A stretch of 55,442 nucleotides of DNA, the filler included, from Catajapyx aquilonaris (lineage: Eukaryota): the NCBI GenBank assembly GCA_000934665.2. It is 2 parts of 2 records of this genome, joined end to end, with 100 filler letters (N's around TTAATTAATTAA, not from the genome) between each part and the next. Parts side by side here need not be neighbours in the genome. Positions count along the whole stretch, not along the records: positions 1 to 27,669 come from JYFJ02005019.1; positions 27,770 to 55,442 come from JYFJ02005020.1. One strand, 5' to 3'. Numbering within the stretch: position 1 is the stretch's first letter; the number at the start of each line of letters is the position of its first letter. A program made the position numbers and the translations under genes. The notes beneath the pieces are model-generated. The model was not told the origin of the DNA. It saw nothing but the letters and a program-made list of their open reading frames with translations, and ran no database searches. Below, piece after piece: positions 25,255-37,643 of the stretch.

Positions 25255-26151
25255 GTGAGGGATCAGTCAATTTTTCCATGGCCTGTCTTCATGCTTTTTT
25301 ATGGCAATCCCACCTGTCCTCTCCATGATGGTATTAACTGGTTTTGTATGGGTGAGATGTACAAGTATCATACAGTATCCTAGCAGCTTTTACAGCAGAA
25401 GAGGAGAATTCCTCTTTAAAGTAATGTGGTTTTTTTGTGGCTTTTTCACTTTTCTCATATTAAGAAATTATTTTACAATTGTGACACAAAAAAACAAAAA
25501 AGTCCCAAAAACCAGTTGTACAAGTTTTCCTGAAATTGTATTGCAAAAAAATCATCTCAGATTATTTAAATTTCCCATTTCTGCATGGCAGGCTTTCCTC
25601 ACTGCTAGTCAACAATTATTCCCATCCACAATTTAATGCATAGCCAGTGGGACTATTTTTACTTTCAAAAATAATAATGTTGCAGTGAGTTGATATTTGA
25701 GCCTCTAGCGTAGCCAATGCATCTTTTATGAAATGATTCCAAACTACCATAGCTTTGTATAGCTTTCATAGCCACAGACCTGAAGTAGACATACCTATCT
25801 TGCACCTCACAAGGGAAGGTCAATAAATTGTATATAGAGTTGCTCTATGAAACAGAACAATAGTAGGGGCAGGTATGTTATTCACCAAAATGCAACCCAT
25901 TTCAAGGGGAGTGCTACAAGGTCAAAAGTTATGACCTCTCGAAGTCAGCCCGGACAGCTTACCTAAATGGGAAGGATGCACTGGCAGATGAAAAGATGCA
26001 TAGCAAACAAGCATTTATGAATGTTAATTTAGATTAGTCTATGTGTTCAAAACAAACACATTTACGTCACATGCTACCCAAGTGCACCGGGTTGGTGCAG
26101 CCCCTGGATGTTTATTTCTTCCAGCCATACAAAATTTTATCAAATATATTA

Positions 26152-27075
26152 CGAGAGTGATCAAAAAGTAAGGTCTCCAACCTTTATTCTGTATGAACAC
26201 AAGTGACGAAACTTACAGGGTACATGAGGACAATGGACATCTACTTTTCTACATAGTTTCCACACCGAAGAACGCACTTATCCCATCGCCAGACCAGTTT
26301 CTCAATCCCTTCCCAATAGAAAGGGGTGCCCTGTTGACAGCACCAGTCACACCCAGCCTTCTTCACCTCATCGTCGCTTCGGAAATGCTGACCTGCCATG
26401 TCTGCTTTCAGGGCTCTGAATAAGTGATAGTCTGTGAGGGCTAGGTCGGGACTATATAGGGTGGGTGAGGAAGAACTTCCCAGTCGTATCCATTCAGCAA
26501 AGCCACGGTGTCCCTCGATGTGTCCGGACAGGCGTTGTCGTGGAGAAAGATGACCCCAGCAGTGAGCAATCATGGTCGTTTCCACCTGATGGCCTTCTGC
26601 AACTTCGCCAGGGTCACTGCGCTCTGAATTGATAGTCGCAACTTCCAGGATTGCTCACTGCTGGGGTCATCCTTCTCCACGACAACACCCGTCCGCACAC
26701 ATCGAGGGACACCATGGCTTTGCTGAATGGATATGACTGGGAAGTTCTTCCTCACACACCCTATAGTCCAGACCTAGCCCTCACAGACTATCACTTGTTC
26801 ATGCAGAGCCCTGAAAGCAGACATGGCAGGTCAGCATTTCCGAAGCGACGATGAGGTGAAGAAGACTGGGTGTGACTGGTGCTGTCAACAGGGCACCCCT
26901 TTCTATTGGGAAGGGATTGAGAAACTGGTCTGGCGATGGGATAAGTGCGTTCTTCGGTGTGGAAACTATGTAGTAAAGTAGATGTCCATTGTCCTCATGT
27001 ACCCTGTAAGTTTCGTCATTTGTGTTCAGAATAAAGGTTACAACCTTGGAGACCTTACTTTCTGATCACTCCTCG
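26152..27075. mobile_element. 924-bp mariner-derived palindromic MITE made of two inverted 3' halves
   Basis: TA TSD; both arms encode LLHDNTRPH...YSPDLALTDYHLF...WDKCVLRCGNYV outward; arms ~420 bp. Confidence 0.9.
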
Positions 27076-27263
27076 TATGTAACTGACTCCTCTTTGTATA
27101 TATTGCCCCTGATTATACAATCTGGCAACAAGAGAACTTTATTCTGCTGCACTAACTCACTAACTCATAATCAGTTTTCAGCCTATTGGTTTGCTAATTT
27201 CATTAACCCTGTAATGTCTGGGATTAAGCCGTGATGTCATGCATGTATGTATGTATGTATTAA

Positions 27264-27399
27264 CCCTGTAATGCCCCTTGGGTCATATCTGGCACACCAT
27301 TTAGTGCAATTTGGCACTTACAGGAAATATAAAAATTGCAAAAATTGCAAAAATCGCACTAAATGGTGTGCCAGATATGACCCAGTGGGCATTACAGGG
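27264..27399. mobile_element. Small palindromic piggyBac-like MITE
   Basis: TTAA|CCCTGTAATGCCC ... GGGCATTACAGGG|TTAA. Confidence 0.75.
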
Positions 27400-27669
27400 T
27401 TAAGTATGCTTTTTACAAAGCTGGCTATTTGGAAAAGAGACCTGATGCATTCCAAACGCCTTCCGAGTACTGCTTCGACTCGACTAGTAGTGCAAGTGAT
27501 ACACGCACATGTCTGAAATTCACAGACTTATAATTCATGAGATGTGCTTGTTGTACAGATGTGTTTTGTTTTGAACACATAATTTTTTTTTAAATATATT
27601 TTTTTATATTGTTACCCCGTGCTCGAGCCATTCGGCTCGTTTTGGGGGGAAGGGAAGGTTCCCAGGGGG

Positions 27670-27769
27670 NNNNNNNNNNNNNNNNNNNNNNNNNNNNNNN
27701 NNNNNNNNNNNNNTTAATTAATTAANNNNNNNNNNNNNNNNNNNNNNNNNNNNNNNNNNNNNNNNNNNN
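27670..27769. other. Assembly gap / artificial contig linker
   Basis: 44 N + TTAATTAATTAA (stops in all six frames) + 44 N = exactly 100 bp. Confidence 0.95.
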
Positions 27770-28094
27770 CACCCTAGCTCGCCTATAAGCTTGTGTGACC
27801 TTGACCCCCCAAAAAATTTCGCCTGCGGCGGGCTTTTGCGCCCCGCACTATATGTACCGGGATTTTGGGGGACAATTAGGGACTTTTTCCCCGTATATTT
27901 AGGGATAACCTCATCTCTGGGTCTGGCAACGCGTCCTACCACAGGAGTTGCACCTTGAACAAGATGGCGTCTTAGTGAACGATGTGACACAGATTTTACA
28001 CTACCGTATTCGAGGAGTGTCATACACCTGGTCTTGACAGACATATGGATTATCTTTATTAATTCCCCCATTCCTATCATATAGTGCATCTTAC

Positions 28095-28265
28095 CTTTGC
28101 AACAACTTCTTGAACAGCAGGGTACAAGAGCTCCTTAGACAGTAGACTTTGCATCATTGTCTGCATGAAAGGCATGAACTCACCAAGCTCTTCAGCACCA
28201 TCATCATTGCCTCCAATTGCCATGTTGCCCAACATTCTGGAAACATCATCTGCTGAGATGTTAGC
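28095..28265 (-). CDS. PEX19: Peroxisomal biogenesis factor 19, coding exon 4 (downstream exons not seen)
   Basis: ANISADD...GEFMPFMQTMMQSLLSKELLYPAVQEVVAK (conserved MQxMMQxLLSKExLYP); acceptor TTTCAG|, donor AAG|GTAAGA; phase 0/0. Confidence 0.92.
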
Positions 28266-29904
28266 CTGAAATTTGACATTGACAAATATGTCGTAAGTGA
28301 TCAGCAATTCCCTGCAGCTAGAAGAATATGTCAACATGCATTTCTTCATGAAAGTATAAATGGCTGCTATTTTATCTCTGTGGAAGTACCAAGGGATCTT
28401 GCCTAGATAGTTATGTAGCTTTAGGCATGCAAAATGGATGATCTATACTGATATATTTGATAGAGTGAACATGCCATTCCTAACATGTCAAAAATGTCGC
28501 TAAAAACTGCAAATATTTGGATTGTTCATTCTATTGAACCAATCGATAGGCCATCCATTTGCCTGCCTTACGTCATTAACCCCTTCACTACCAGCTACAC
28601 CGAAAACGCTTAGATTTTCGCTTACACCTTACACATACTCTGAAGATAATGACATGATATTTTACAAAATAATAATAACAGTTCTACTTACACACCTCTG
28701 CACTCTTTGTGTGTTGGAAAACAATTTTCCTCGCCTGGAAGTCCCTGAATTAATTTTCAAAAAGCTCGCCGTAAAAACTCGAAATTCAAATACAGGAAGT
28801 ACCCGTTTTACGAAAACGCAGCGTAATGTGAATCGGCGTAAAACGAGAAAAAATTATAATGCAAGTAAATGAGGTAAATTCCAAAATTTCCAATAATTTT
28901 CCATTGACAGTACTAATATTGCTGTTTTTAATGCTGAATATTTGAAACATTGATTAATGGTAGGTTCCGGGTTGAGGGCCACCGGGTTCTGAGGGCTCCT
29001 TTCCTTATTTGGCAAGAACTGCAGTACACGTTGTGTATTTAACAACGGTTAGAGTAGCCTACTTCGGGGAGTGCCGAGACCAACAATACAGTACTGTATA
29101 TATCAATAGACCCCNCCCCCCCCCAAGAGGGCCCTGCCCTGAAACGGGGTAACTAAATAAAAAATAAAATAAATATATCAATAGACCCGCCACACATGGC
29201 ACCACGAAAAACAAAATAAGACCCTTATGGTCGTGTGTTTGGACTCAGAAGTGTTGCAGTGTTGTGTAATGTTTATATTGTGTTGTTATCTTCAAATTTT
29301 TATCGAAATTTTTCAACACTTTTCGATAAAAAAATTCAAATGTAATTTTAAAATCGTTGTTAATGTGAAACGACGTAAAATGGTTCCTTCCTGTACTGCC
29401 ACTGTTAGGCTGATTGAATTATGAAATACCGGTACATTAAAATATGCGGAATATCTATCTTGAGAACTGTGCCAGACAAATTCATGGGTAAGTTACCACC
29501 AATGTCGAGATTTGGGCCCTTAAGAGGGCGCAGTAGCAAAAATACGGTAAACCAGATGGCTCTGCAGCTATAGCTGTCGAAGTGAGCCTACCGAATGTTT
29601 GCACAATAATAAAAAGCAATTGTTTACACCTCTCAAACCATCCCCGTCCCGTTGCTATGCCGCCTTCCCGCCCTACATTTCACCCTAAGTCGTTTCTCTC
29701 GATATTGTCGCCATTATTTAGGGCTGGCGCAAACGAGGTGATTCGGGGGGCTAGAAGTTGCCTGGCCCCTGCCTGAGCATTCAGGTTCCCCCCAGGTTGA
29801 ACCACGGTGGTTGAACTGGGCGTGTTCCTGGCGCATGCGCTGTATACTTTTTCAAGTGGATTCAGGGGCAACTGGTTTCTCCCAAATTCCCTTCGCTAAT
29901 GTAT

Positions 29905-30511
29905 CGATGGCAAGCCAGAAATGTGCATGATAAAATTACACTGTGCTCTATTACACTAAAATTTTTGAACGCATTTCTATTCCCGGCAGAAAGCAGGCTG
30001 GGAACTTGTCTATTAAACCAACTAAAACAATACTTTTAAACATTTAAGTGTAATAGAGCACGGTGTAATTTCATCACGCACATTTCTGGCTTGCCGTCAA
30101 TACATTCGCGAAGTAATTTGGATTATAAACGGCCCAGATAACTGAGGTGTGCAATTAACTTACTGTAATTATGATTACACAAATGGCGATTTCTAGGTTT
30201 CAAATATATCATTAGATAGGCAACGATTTGCACTATCCAGAGTTTACAAGGGGAATTTTTTGGCCTCCGAGAAGTGTCATTTAAAAAAATCCTTTTGCTG
30301 CGTAACATCAGCAACTACTCAAAAAATGACACTTTTCCGTGTTATTCTTGCGATAAAAAATTACATAATGAAGATAGGTAAACAATTCGCACATATGTTA
30401 CGTAGATTTAAACAAGCTTTCTAATGATGTATAACATTATTTTTTTGGAACATTTTCCTGGGAGTTATTTAGAGTCAAACACAGGGGCCAGTATTAAAAA
30501 ATCCGATAGTA
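29905..30511 (+). repeat. Dispersed repeat with internal hairpin; second copy at ~53390-53993
   Basis: Both copies share GGCAAGCCAG...CTGGCTTGCC inverted core and end GTCAAACACAG...GATAGTAG. Confidence 0.75.
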
Positions 30512-30559
30512 GGTTCATATTTGCCTCTGCTCTGCCTCAGTGTCGAGGTTTCGCTGCCA

Positions 30560-31293
30560 TTTGAAGATAACAGTGACGGAAGCATATGACATGCTAAGAT
30601 ATGGTGAAGATGTGTCCCACAGCATTCCGATGGTACAAGGCATTCAGCAAGGGTCCATAGTTGGCTTTCAAAGAGCCAGGTTTGCAGGCTCCCATCAGAG
30701 TTCTGACAGAGGTCATTAACACCACCTGTGCAGTGATTGTCTGGGAAGATCACTGCATTTAACCGCTGATGACCTTGTCAGAATGTGTGGTACATCCAGT
30801 GGTAGTTCCTCAAGTAGTTCCCACACGATTTTGCACGACCATTTGCACATCCGAAACGTTTGCACATTCGATACGTTTGCACCCGATGCGATGGGGCCCC
30901 AGTGGGCCCCAGGCTGTTTATTCCATAGGAGAGGCAGATGCGGGAGGAGGTTTGCGAAGAGTTGCAAGTTCTTATGGGCTCACATGGTGACCAGTATCCG
31001 CCATTCACAATCTAGCATGTCTAACACCTCTGCGGTTGTTTTATTCATACGGATGCAAAACCTCAATGCTGAATATTGGGTCACACCGCCGACCTCCTGG
31101 CAGTGCGGAGACGAATGTGAATCTAGGTCTACTTCCGGTGTCACCATCGCCTGAGATCGCGGAATATTCAAAGAAGAATCAGTGTTCTAATACTTCACAC
31201 CATATTGCGTAGGATGTCATTCACCACGAGTAATGAACTAATTCTCTTCGTCACATAAAAAATCAGTCTAAATATGTTTTGACTGGCCCTCGT
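30560..31293 (-). mobile_element. Degenerate mariner, 5' part
   Basis: Terminus TACGAGGGGCCAGTCAAAAC on minus; relic HTH peptide QYSALRFCIRMNKTTAEVLDML. Confidence 0.6.
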
Positions 31294-32124
31294 AGTTTCA
31301 ACCTAATTTTACCTCTCCTGTAAAGTTTATAAAAAGGTTCATTCGCTCTTTCACCTTATTGCCGACAATATTATAGCAGAACTCTTTGTTTGAACCTTCT
31401 TATAAACTCGCGTCCAGCCTCGTATCTCTCCCACAACAATTGGCGGCCCAGGCAACGACCCCAACAAACTTGTTTATGCAAGGAGCATATGGGGATTCGA
31501 CATTGCCTACATTTCTGTGTCCGTATGGCCGCAAAAATGGTTCAATCAACACAAATTACACCAAAAACTAGTAGCTGATCTGGGGCAAGGCACTAGTTCG
31601 TATTTTTTTTTCCATTTTCGGCCTAGAAATGGCATTTACGGCAAGTTGAAATGAGCAGAAAATGGCATCTCCAAAAAGTCAATTTGATTAACATGGTGGC
31701 AGGAATTGCAAAAAAATCGGACACATTTCTGTGGCCGTAATTTAATAGTCGTGTCGAGTAGAGTATCAGTGTAAAGGCCGAACCTTTGTGCATGGCATCA
31801 AGCCAGTGTTTTTTAAAGATTTGCGACGCATGTCGCTACAAAAAATTAAATTCCTTATGAAACTTGTTACAGTATTTTTGCTACGGCGCTGCCTTAAAAG
31901 AGTGACACAGGAAAGGTGAGGTTGCCATTGATCCATTTAAATAGGCTAATTACAGGTCATGGCATATGGACTGTTTACATCTTAGTCAACCACCTTCAAA
32001 GGACAACAAAGGCAGATTCACATATCGCCAGATGAATTTTCTCCTGTCATACATATTCGCCAAATGCAATATGTTCAGAATGAATCATGACATTATTCAG
32101 GTTGTCATACCTCAAGTCTACATA

Positions 32125-33224
32125 CAGGATGAAGGGATTTTTGCACAATAGCCAAGTAGCCTGATAGTACTCGCCAAACTAATGTAGGGATGTGCAAATA
32201 GTTTTGGGCGCCGTTGCGTAGTTAATGCGTATGGCGGCTTTAAAGTTTTGTGACATCACATCCGTCCCACCAGCTTCAAGCAGTGAAAGCCAGCTGGAGG
32301 GCCTCCAAATAATCCGGTCTTGGGTCCATCTCATCGTCCATGTACAGTAGGTGATCAAATGCAGTAGGAGTAAGAATCCAGGTGCGACATCCGCGCTCTG
32401 TTGTTGTTGTTTACTCCAAGCGCTGACATCCAACACGATTCAGTAATGTATTGCGCTAATGTATTGTACCAGACAGTACTGTAATGTTCAAGGAATTATT
32501 AGGAGGTCCTCCAGCTGGCTTTTACTGCTTTGAAGCTGGCAGGGAGGATGTGATGACGTCACCAACCTTTGAAGGTGCAGTACGCATTAACTATGCAATG
32601 GCACCCAAAACTACTTGCACATCCCTATACAGGGTGTTTCAGAGTCCCGGGTCAAGCGCGCACGAGGGGGTGGGGAAAAATCGTAGGTGGCGACAACCCC
32701 GGTCGGTTTTATAAAACAATTAGAAATATGGGAGTAATAAATTATTTTATTACGGCATGACGTCACATCCTTTCTGTTCGAATTGACTGGCACGGACTGG
32801 CAAGTGCAGTGGGTTGAACCTGGTTGAATGGCTTTTTAGCCTTGCGGGTTGCACTGAAAAAGACGCTCTCCTGCTATACCGGCAGGGTAGTGTACAGTAG
32901 TGTGTACAGTACTCTGCCGGTATAGCAGGAGAGCGCCTTTTTCAGTGCAACCCACAAGGCTAAAAAGCCGTTCAACCCACTGCACTTGCCAGCCCGCACC
33001 AGTCAATTCGAACAGAAAGGATGTGACGTCACGCAGTAATAAAATAATTTATTACTCCCGTATTTCTAATTGCTTTATAAAACTGACCGGGGGTTGTCGT
33101 CACCTACGATTTTTCCACGCCCCCTCGCGCGCGCTTGACCCGTGACTCTGAAACACCCTGTATTAGTTTTGTGAGTACTATCACGCTACCTGGCGATTAT
33201 TCACGAAAATCCCTTCACCCTGCA
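32125..33224. mobile_element. Older Tc1/mariner-like foldback MITE hosting a younger one
   Basis: CAGGATGAAGGGATTTT / AAAATCCCTTCACCCTG; arm 32125-32306 mirrors 32500-32629 plus 33161-33224. Confidence 0.7.
32630..33160. mobile_element. Tc1/mariner-like fully palindromic MITE (531 bp)
   Basis: TA|CAGGGTGTTTCAGAGTC ... GACTCTGAAACACCCTG|TA; arms ~260 bp meet near 32895. Confidence 0.88.
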
Positions 33225-33419
33225 TACCAGACAGATTCGCAGAGCTGATAACAGTATTTGCTTAACAAGCTGCCATTTTTTAAATTATTGATATGAAACT
33301 GATAACTGAAGCATGATATATGGCAAGCATATATGCGCGGTGAGCGAGTTGTCATCATGCGGATATGTACTGCGGGTGAATCGGTATGATAGCATTTCCA
33401 TGAAGCTATGGCAAGTCAC

Positions 33420-33592
33420 CTGCATCTGTGACGCATTTTCTGTGATGTTCTGGAGGTTTTCTGCAAGCATAGCAGGAACATTGTTTTCTGGCATTCCCTG
33501 AAGAGCTGATCTTGCTGCCTCCTCAGCTTGTTTCTTGAGTTTAGATTCCAGTTCTTCAACATTAGTAGGAGGTCCATCTCCTGACCCATCAC
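33420..33592 (-). CDS. PEX19: PEX19 coding exon 3
   Basis: (G)DGSGDGPPTNVEELESKLKKQAEEAAR...LAENLQNITENASQMQ; acceptor TTCTTGGCAG|, donor CAG|GTGACT; phase 1 in, phase 0 out fits both neighbours. Confidence 0.85.
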
Positions 33593-33742
33593 CTGCCAAG
33601 AGAAAAGCAGCTCTCATACACGTTTCAGATGTAGCCTAATGGCTTAACGTTCAACTGCACACAAAGAGTTAGTCCAATGCTTGACACTGGCAAGCAGAAT
33701 GTTATTTAATACTTAAAATTCGATGTCATCGAGGTGCAGGTA

Positions 33743-34599
33743 CAGTACCCGGCATAATAGTAGCATATCATAAATGTAAACAATGGCTTTGGCATTACCT
33801 GGCAACTGGGCATGTTCGGACATCGGCATATGGAGAGTGCTTAGCGTTCTTTCTATTGTTGCCACTGTTTACAGGTAGCGATTGATGCTGGGCGACCTAG
33901 AGACAGGACTGCAGGCTTACTAATGCATGGTATCGGTATAAGCTGGCTGAGGGGATATTATTTTGAGAAGGCGCTTTGTTATTATCACACTATAGTCACT
34001 TTCCAGCATGAGTCAGGATGCATGGAGTTACTGAATGATCGGGAAGGAGTCCAGTATGCCCTTGTCTGCCAATTTAATATAAGGTCCACATTGAATGTCA
34101 TCCACTCCCAATCAAGTCCAGTGTAACGGGTGATAGGGGAGTAGTGGGTGGGTGAGAAGGTGTGAAAGGGGTGGGTTGGGTAAGGAACACATTTTCGTTC
34201 TGAATTACTGTCAGTCTGAAATGTTGGATTTCTTCCATCTTGTGAGATTCAGATGAGAGAGACTCTCAGAATGTTTTGAGAATAACTGATTTATTTCCCA
34301 GTCACGATCAACATCAACATAGTACCATAGTAAGCACCAGCAATAAGTGACAATAGTGTGATAATAACAAAGCGCCTCCTCAAAAGAATATCCCTTCAGC
34401 CTGCTTATTCCGATGCCATGCATTAGTAAGCATGCAGACCCGTCACTAGGTCGCCCAGCATCAATCGCTACCTGTAAACAGTGGCAACAATAGAAAGAAC
34501 GCTAAGCACTCTCCATATGCCGTTGTCCGAACACGCCGGTTGCCAGGTAACGCCAAAGCCGTTGTTTACATTTATGATATGCTTTTATGCCTGGTACTG
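33743..34599. mobile_element. pogo/Tigger-like element with ~255-bp TIRs
   Basis: TA|CAGTACCCGGCATA ... TATGCCTGGTACTG|TA; mirror ORFs MHGIGIS on both strands. Confidence 0.8.
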
Positions 34600-34744
34600 T
34601 ACAATTGAGTGTGCACACTCATACCATATTTTAAATTACAAGTCAGGCTTATTACAGGCAAACCAGTGCAGTGCTTAGGAGCTTTGTTTTGTTTGTTACA
34701 CTATCTATTAGTAGATGCAGTCTATCTCGAAAACTGTACCTGAC

Positions 34745-35189
34745 CAGGGAGCATATACTACATAAGAGGCGCAAACTTCTGTCAGGCCATTGTTGTTTGA
34801 TTCTCTCTGTTTATAGGGCGTTACTAAGGCCGGCGGCCATCTTGACCTGTGTGGGATGCCAACGAGGTATAAATAGGGTACAGGCAAAAATAAGGTCCGC
34901 CATCTTTGATGGTTTTGGCAGCCATGGCAATACACGGCAATAACACCCGCGAATTTGAATTCGATATTGGAAAATGGGTAAGTATAAATTGTTGTTGCCG
35001 TGTATTGCCATGGCAGCCCAAACCATCAAAGATGGCGGACCCCGCGGACCTTGACGGCCTGCCTGTACCCTATTTACACCTCGTTGACATACCACACACT
35101 CCAAGATGGCCGCCAGCCTTGACAACGCCATAAACAGAGAGACGAAAAAAATCGAATGTTTGCGCCTCTTAAGTAGTATATGCTCCCTG
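34745..35189. mobile_element. Palindromic MITE with 7-bp TSD
   Basis: TIR CAGGGAGCATATACTAC / GTAGTATATGCTCCCTG; ACCTGAC duplicated at 34738-34744 and 35190-35196. Confidence 0.85.
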
Positions 35190-35586
35190 ACCTGACACCA
35201 CAATTCTAAGGAGCTACAGATATGGAATCAGCACAGGAAGTACTGCAGGAATCACTATTCACATCTTCAGAAAGGACACAAAAGTCTTTTGTGGAACAGT
35301 GAAATTAATAATATATCTGCAAAACATATCTATTATTTTCTGGAGAACCATGCATGACCCACGCCTCAAACTTAGCATACTGAACTTTGTGTCGGTCACA
35401 ACTTGTGTCACCAAATACAACTGATGTAACGCAAATACATCACTAATTGTCGGGGTCCTCATTCTTGGGCATGTGTCTGAGCAAGAGACCGATGAAATGT
35501 AAAAATAAATTTTAGTTACATTTTAGAGAAAAACTAATCCCATATGCGCATTCTCCTGGCATTTCTATTTCTTTTGATATATATTA

Positions 35587-36362
35587 TATCAAAAACTTTC
35601 CCTTCAGTAAAAAAAAGAGAAGTAAGACCTCCGCGGCGGAATGAAGGTACTGAAACAAGGCAGGCGCACGTAAGACCTTCACCAATTGATTTAAGCTGTA
35701 CCATAGGTCTTACTCAAGCAATTACCAATTTACTACTCATGAAATCTCCTTTCTGAAAACAAATTTGTGGAATTTCTGTCATACTACTAGTTACTTCTAA
35801 CTTCGCAGTACCAGTGTAGTGCAATGGTACTGCTAAGTTAGCAGTAACTACGGACCTATAGTTAATAGTAATAGTAGTACGACGAAAATTCTACCCATTA
35901 ATTTTCCATGAGCCACTCCATATGAGTGCTTTATGAAACTATGAACTTCAATATTAAGCACATTGAATTTAGTGAGAATTATTGCCATGAAACATTCATG
36001 CAGAATCGTCACCTCTTTTAGATGCTGATTTTAACTCTAACGTTTAATTTTTCACATGTAAATGTTAATTGGTGAATTTTAGAGGGTCTTTTTCGATTGG
36101 ACCAAGTCTGTTAGAATGGGTTTAGTTTTTCCCCCATTTTTTTCTTTTCATAATAAAATCCTACCTACTGCTCTGAGTAGTTTGCAGCAGTCATTTTGCG
36201 AGCCGCGTTCCATACCGTACTTGAGAATTGCTTGAGTAAGACCTATGGTACAGCTTAAATCAATTGGTGAAGGTCTTACGTGCGCTTGCCTTGTTTCAGT
36301 ACCTTCATTCCGCCGCGGAGGTCTTACTTCTCTTTTTTTTACTGAAGGGAAAGTTTTTGATA
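35587..36362. mobile_element. Long-TIR (~140 bp) non-autonomous element
   Basis: Near-perfect arms (identical mirror peptides in ORFs 35544+ and 36148-); family also at 18820-20240. Confidence 0.82.
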
Positions 36363-36584
36363 TAATTTCAGTTCTTTTTTGATAGTACACATAACTTATA
36401 TGCTCTACACTATACAGTCTGCACTATGAATGCATTGGAGACGATTTTCGTCGCTTAGAAGTCCCTAAAATTATTTTCACAGAAATAGTCGTAAAAAAAA
36501 ACGAAAGTGGAGTGCTACCAGCCAACGGTTAGTCTGATTTAATTATTATGAAATAGCCTATACGCTAAAATGAACGTAATATAT

Positions 36585-37092
36585 ACATTGAGAACTGTAC
36601 CAGACGAATTTGCTGAAATCGTGGTACTTTGCAAGAATTCAATCAATACTTATCTGTGGCTTGCCTCAGTCACATCTGAAAACTCCCAACCGTACTTAAT
36701 TTTCGCGAAATGCGACGATTTCAGCAAATCAGTTCGTCTGGCACGTTACAATAAAATACGCAAGTACATGTCTGCAAAACCTGCGTAACGAACGGACAGT
36801 ATGTCTGTGTTTGCATGGAAATGCCCAGGACATGTATCTTTTCCAATTCCCGGACCCGCGGAAAGCAAAACTAGACAACTGTCACCAATGTCACTTACAA
36901 CATTATTCGGGGCAACCCTTCCATTATCTACATTGAGAACCGTACCACTAATACCAGCCGAATTTACTGAAATCGTGGAACTTTCCAAGAATTAAATCAA
37001 TACTATATGTGTGGCTTGCCTCTGTCACATCTGAAAACTCCCAAACTTATTTAATTTTCAACGATTGCAGCAAATATTAGTCTGGCACATTT
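36585..37092 (+). repeat. Direct duplication of ~160 bp
   Basis: TACATTGAGAAC...CACATCTGAAAACTCCCAA at ~36585 and ~36929. Confidence 0.7.
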
Positions 37093-37209
37093 CTCAAGGT
37101 AGATATTCCGCATACTGTAACAAAATTTCATAATTAAATCAGCTCAAGAGTTGGCCAGTATTACCTGGCGATGGCGATATAGCAGGGAGCAAACGGGGTT
37201 AATAGTATA

Positions 37210-37643
37210 CAGTTGAACCAGGATACAACAAACTTCAAGAGACTGCGGAAAAAGTATGTTATAGCCGAGGTCTGTTATAGCCGAATAGTCACGCAACGTA
37301 AACATGAAATTCTGCTTTCAATATGGCTGTACTATGCACTACTACACTACATACCGATTAATGAAATCTGTCACAAATGCAATACTAATTGGCTCACCCG
37401 AAAATTATGCAGGACCAAAATATCCGAAATTTCCTTCTGCCGTCTCCTTTTTGCAAATTTCATACCTGGAAAACAATATTTTCCCACCGAGGGTCCAAGG
37501 AATGGTCTGTTATACCCGAGGTGAGGTGAGAATGAGTCTGTTATATCAGGAGTGAAAATACACGGTGCCTAATGGAAGCATGCCGGGACAGCCTTTATAA
37601 CCAAGAATGTTATAGCCGAGGCTGTTGTATCCGGATTCAACTG
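37210..37643. mobile_element. pogo/Tigger-like MITE
   Basis: TA|CAGTTGAACCAGGATACAACA ... TGTTGTATCCGGATTCAACTG|TA. Confidence 0.75.

Larger units (their letters stand above)
29524..31893. mobile_element. TTAA-flanked (Kolobok-like) element broken by nested insertions; shorter copy at ~49645-50131
   Basis: Termini TTAA|GAGGGCGCAGTAGCAAAAATAC and GTATTTTTGCTACGGCGCTGCC|TTAA; 31440-31893 mirrors 49645-50100. Confidence 0.55.

Noticed and set aside
27714..27725. TTAATTAATTAA as a biological palindrome or piggyBac site
   Set aside because: Centred exactly in a 100-bp N run; an assembly spacer
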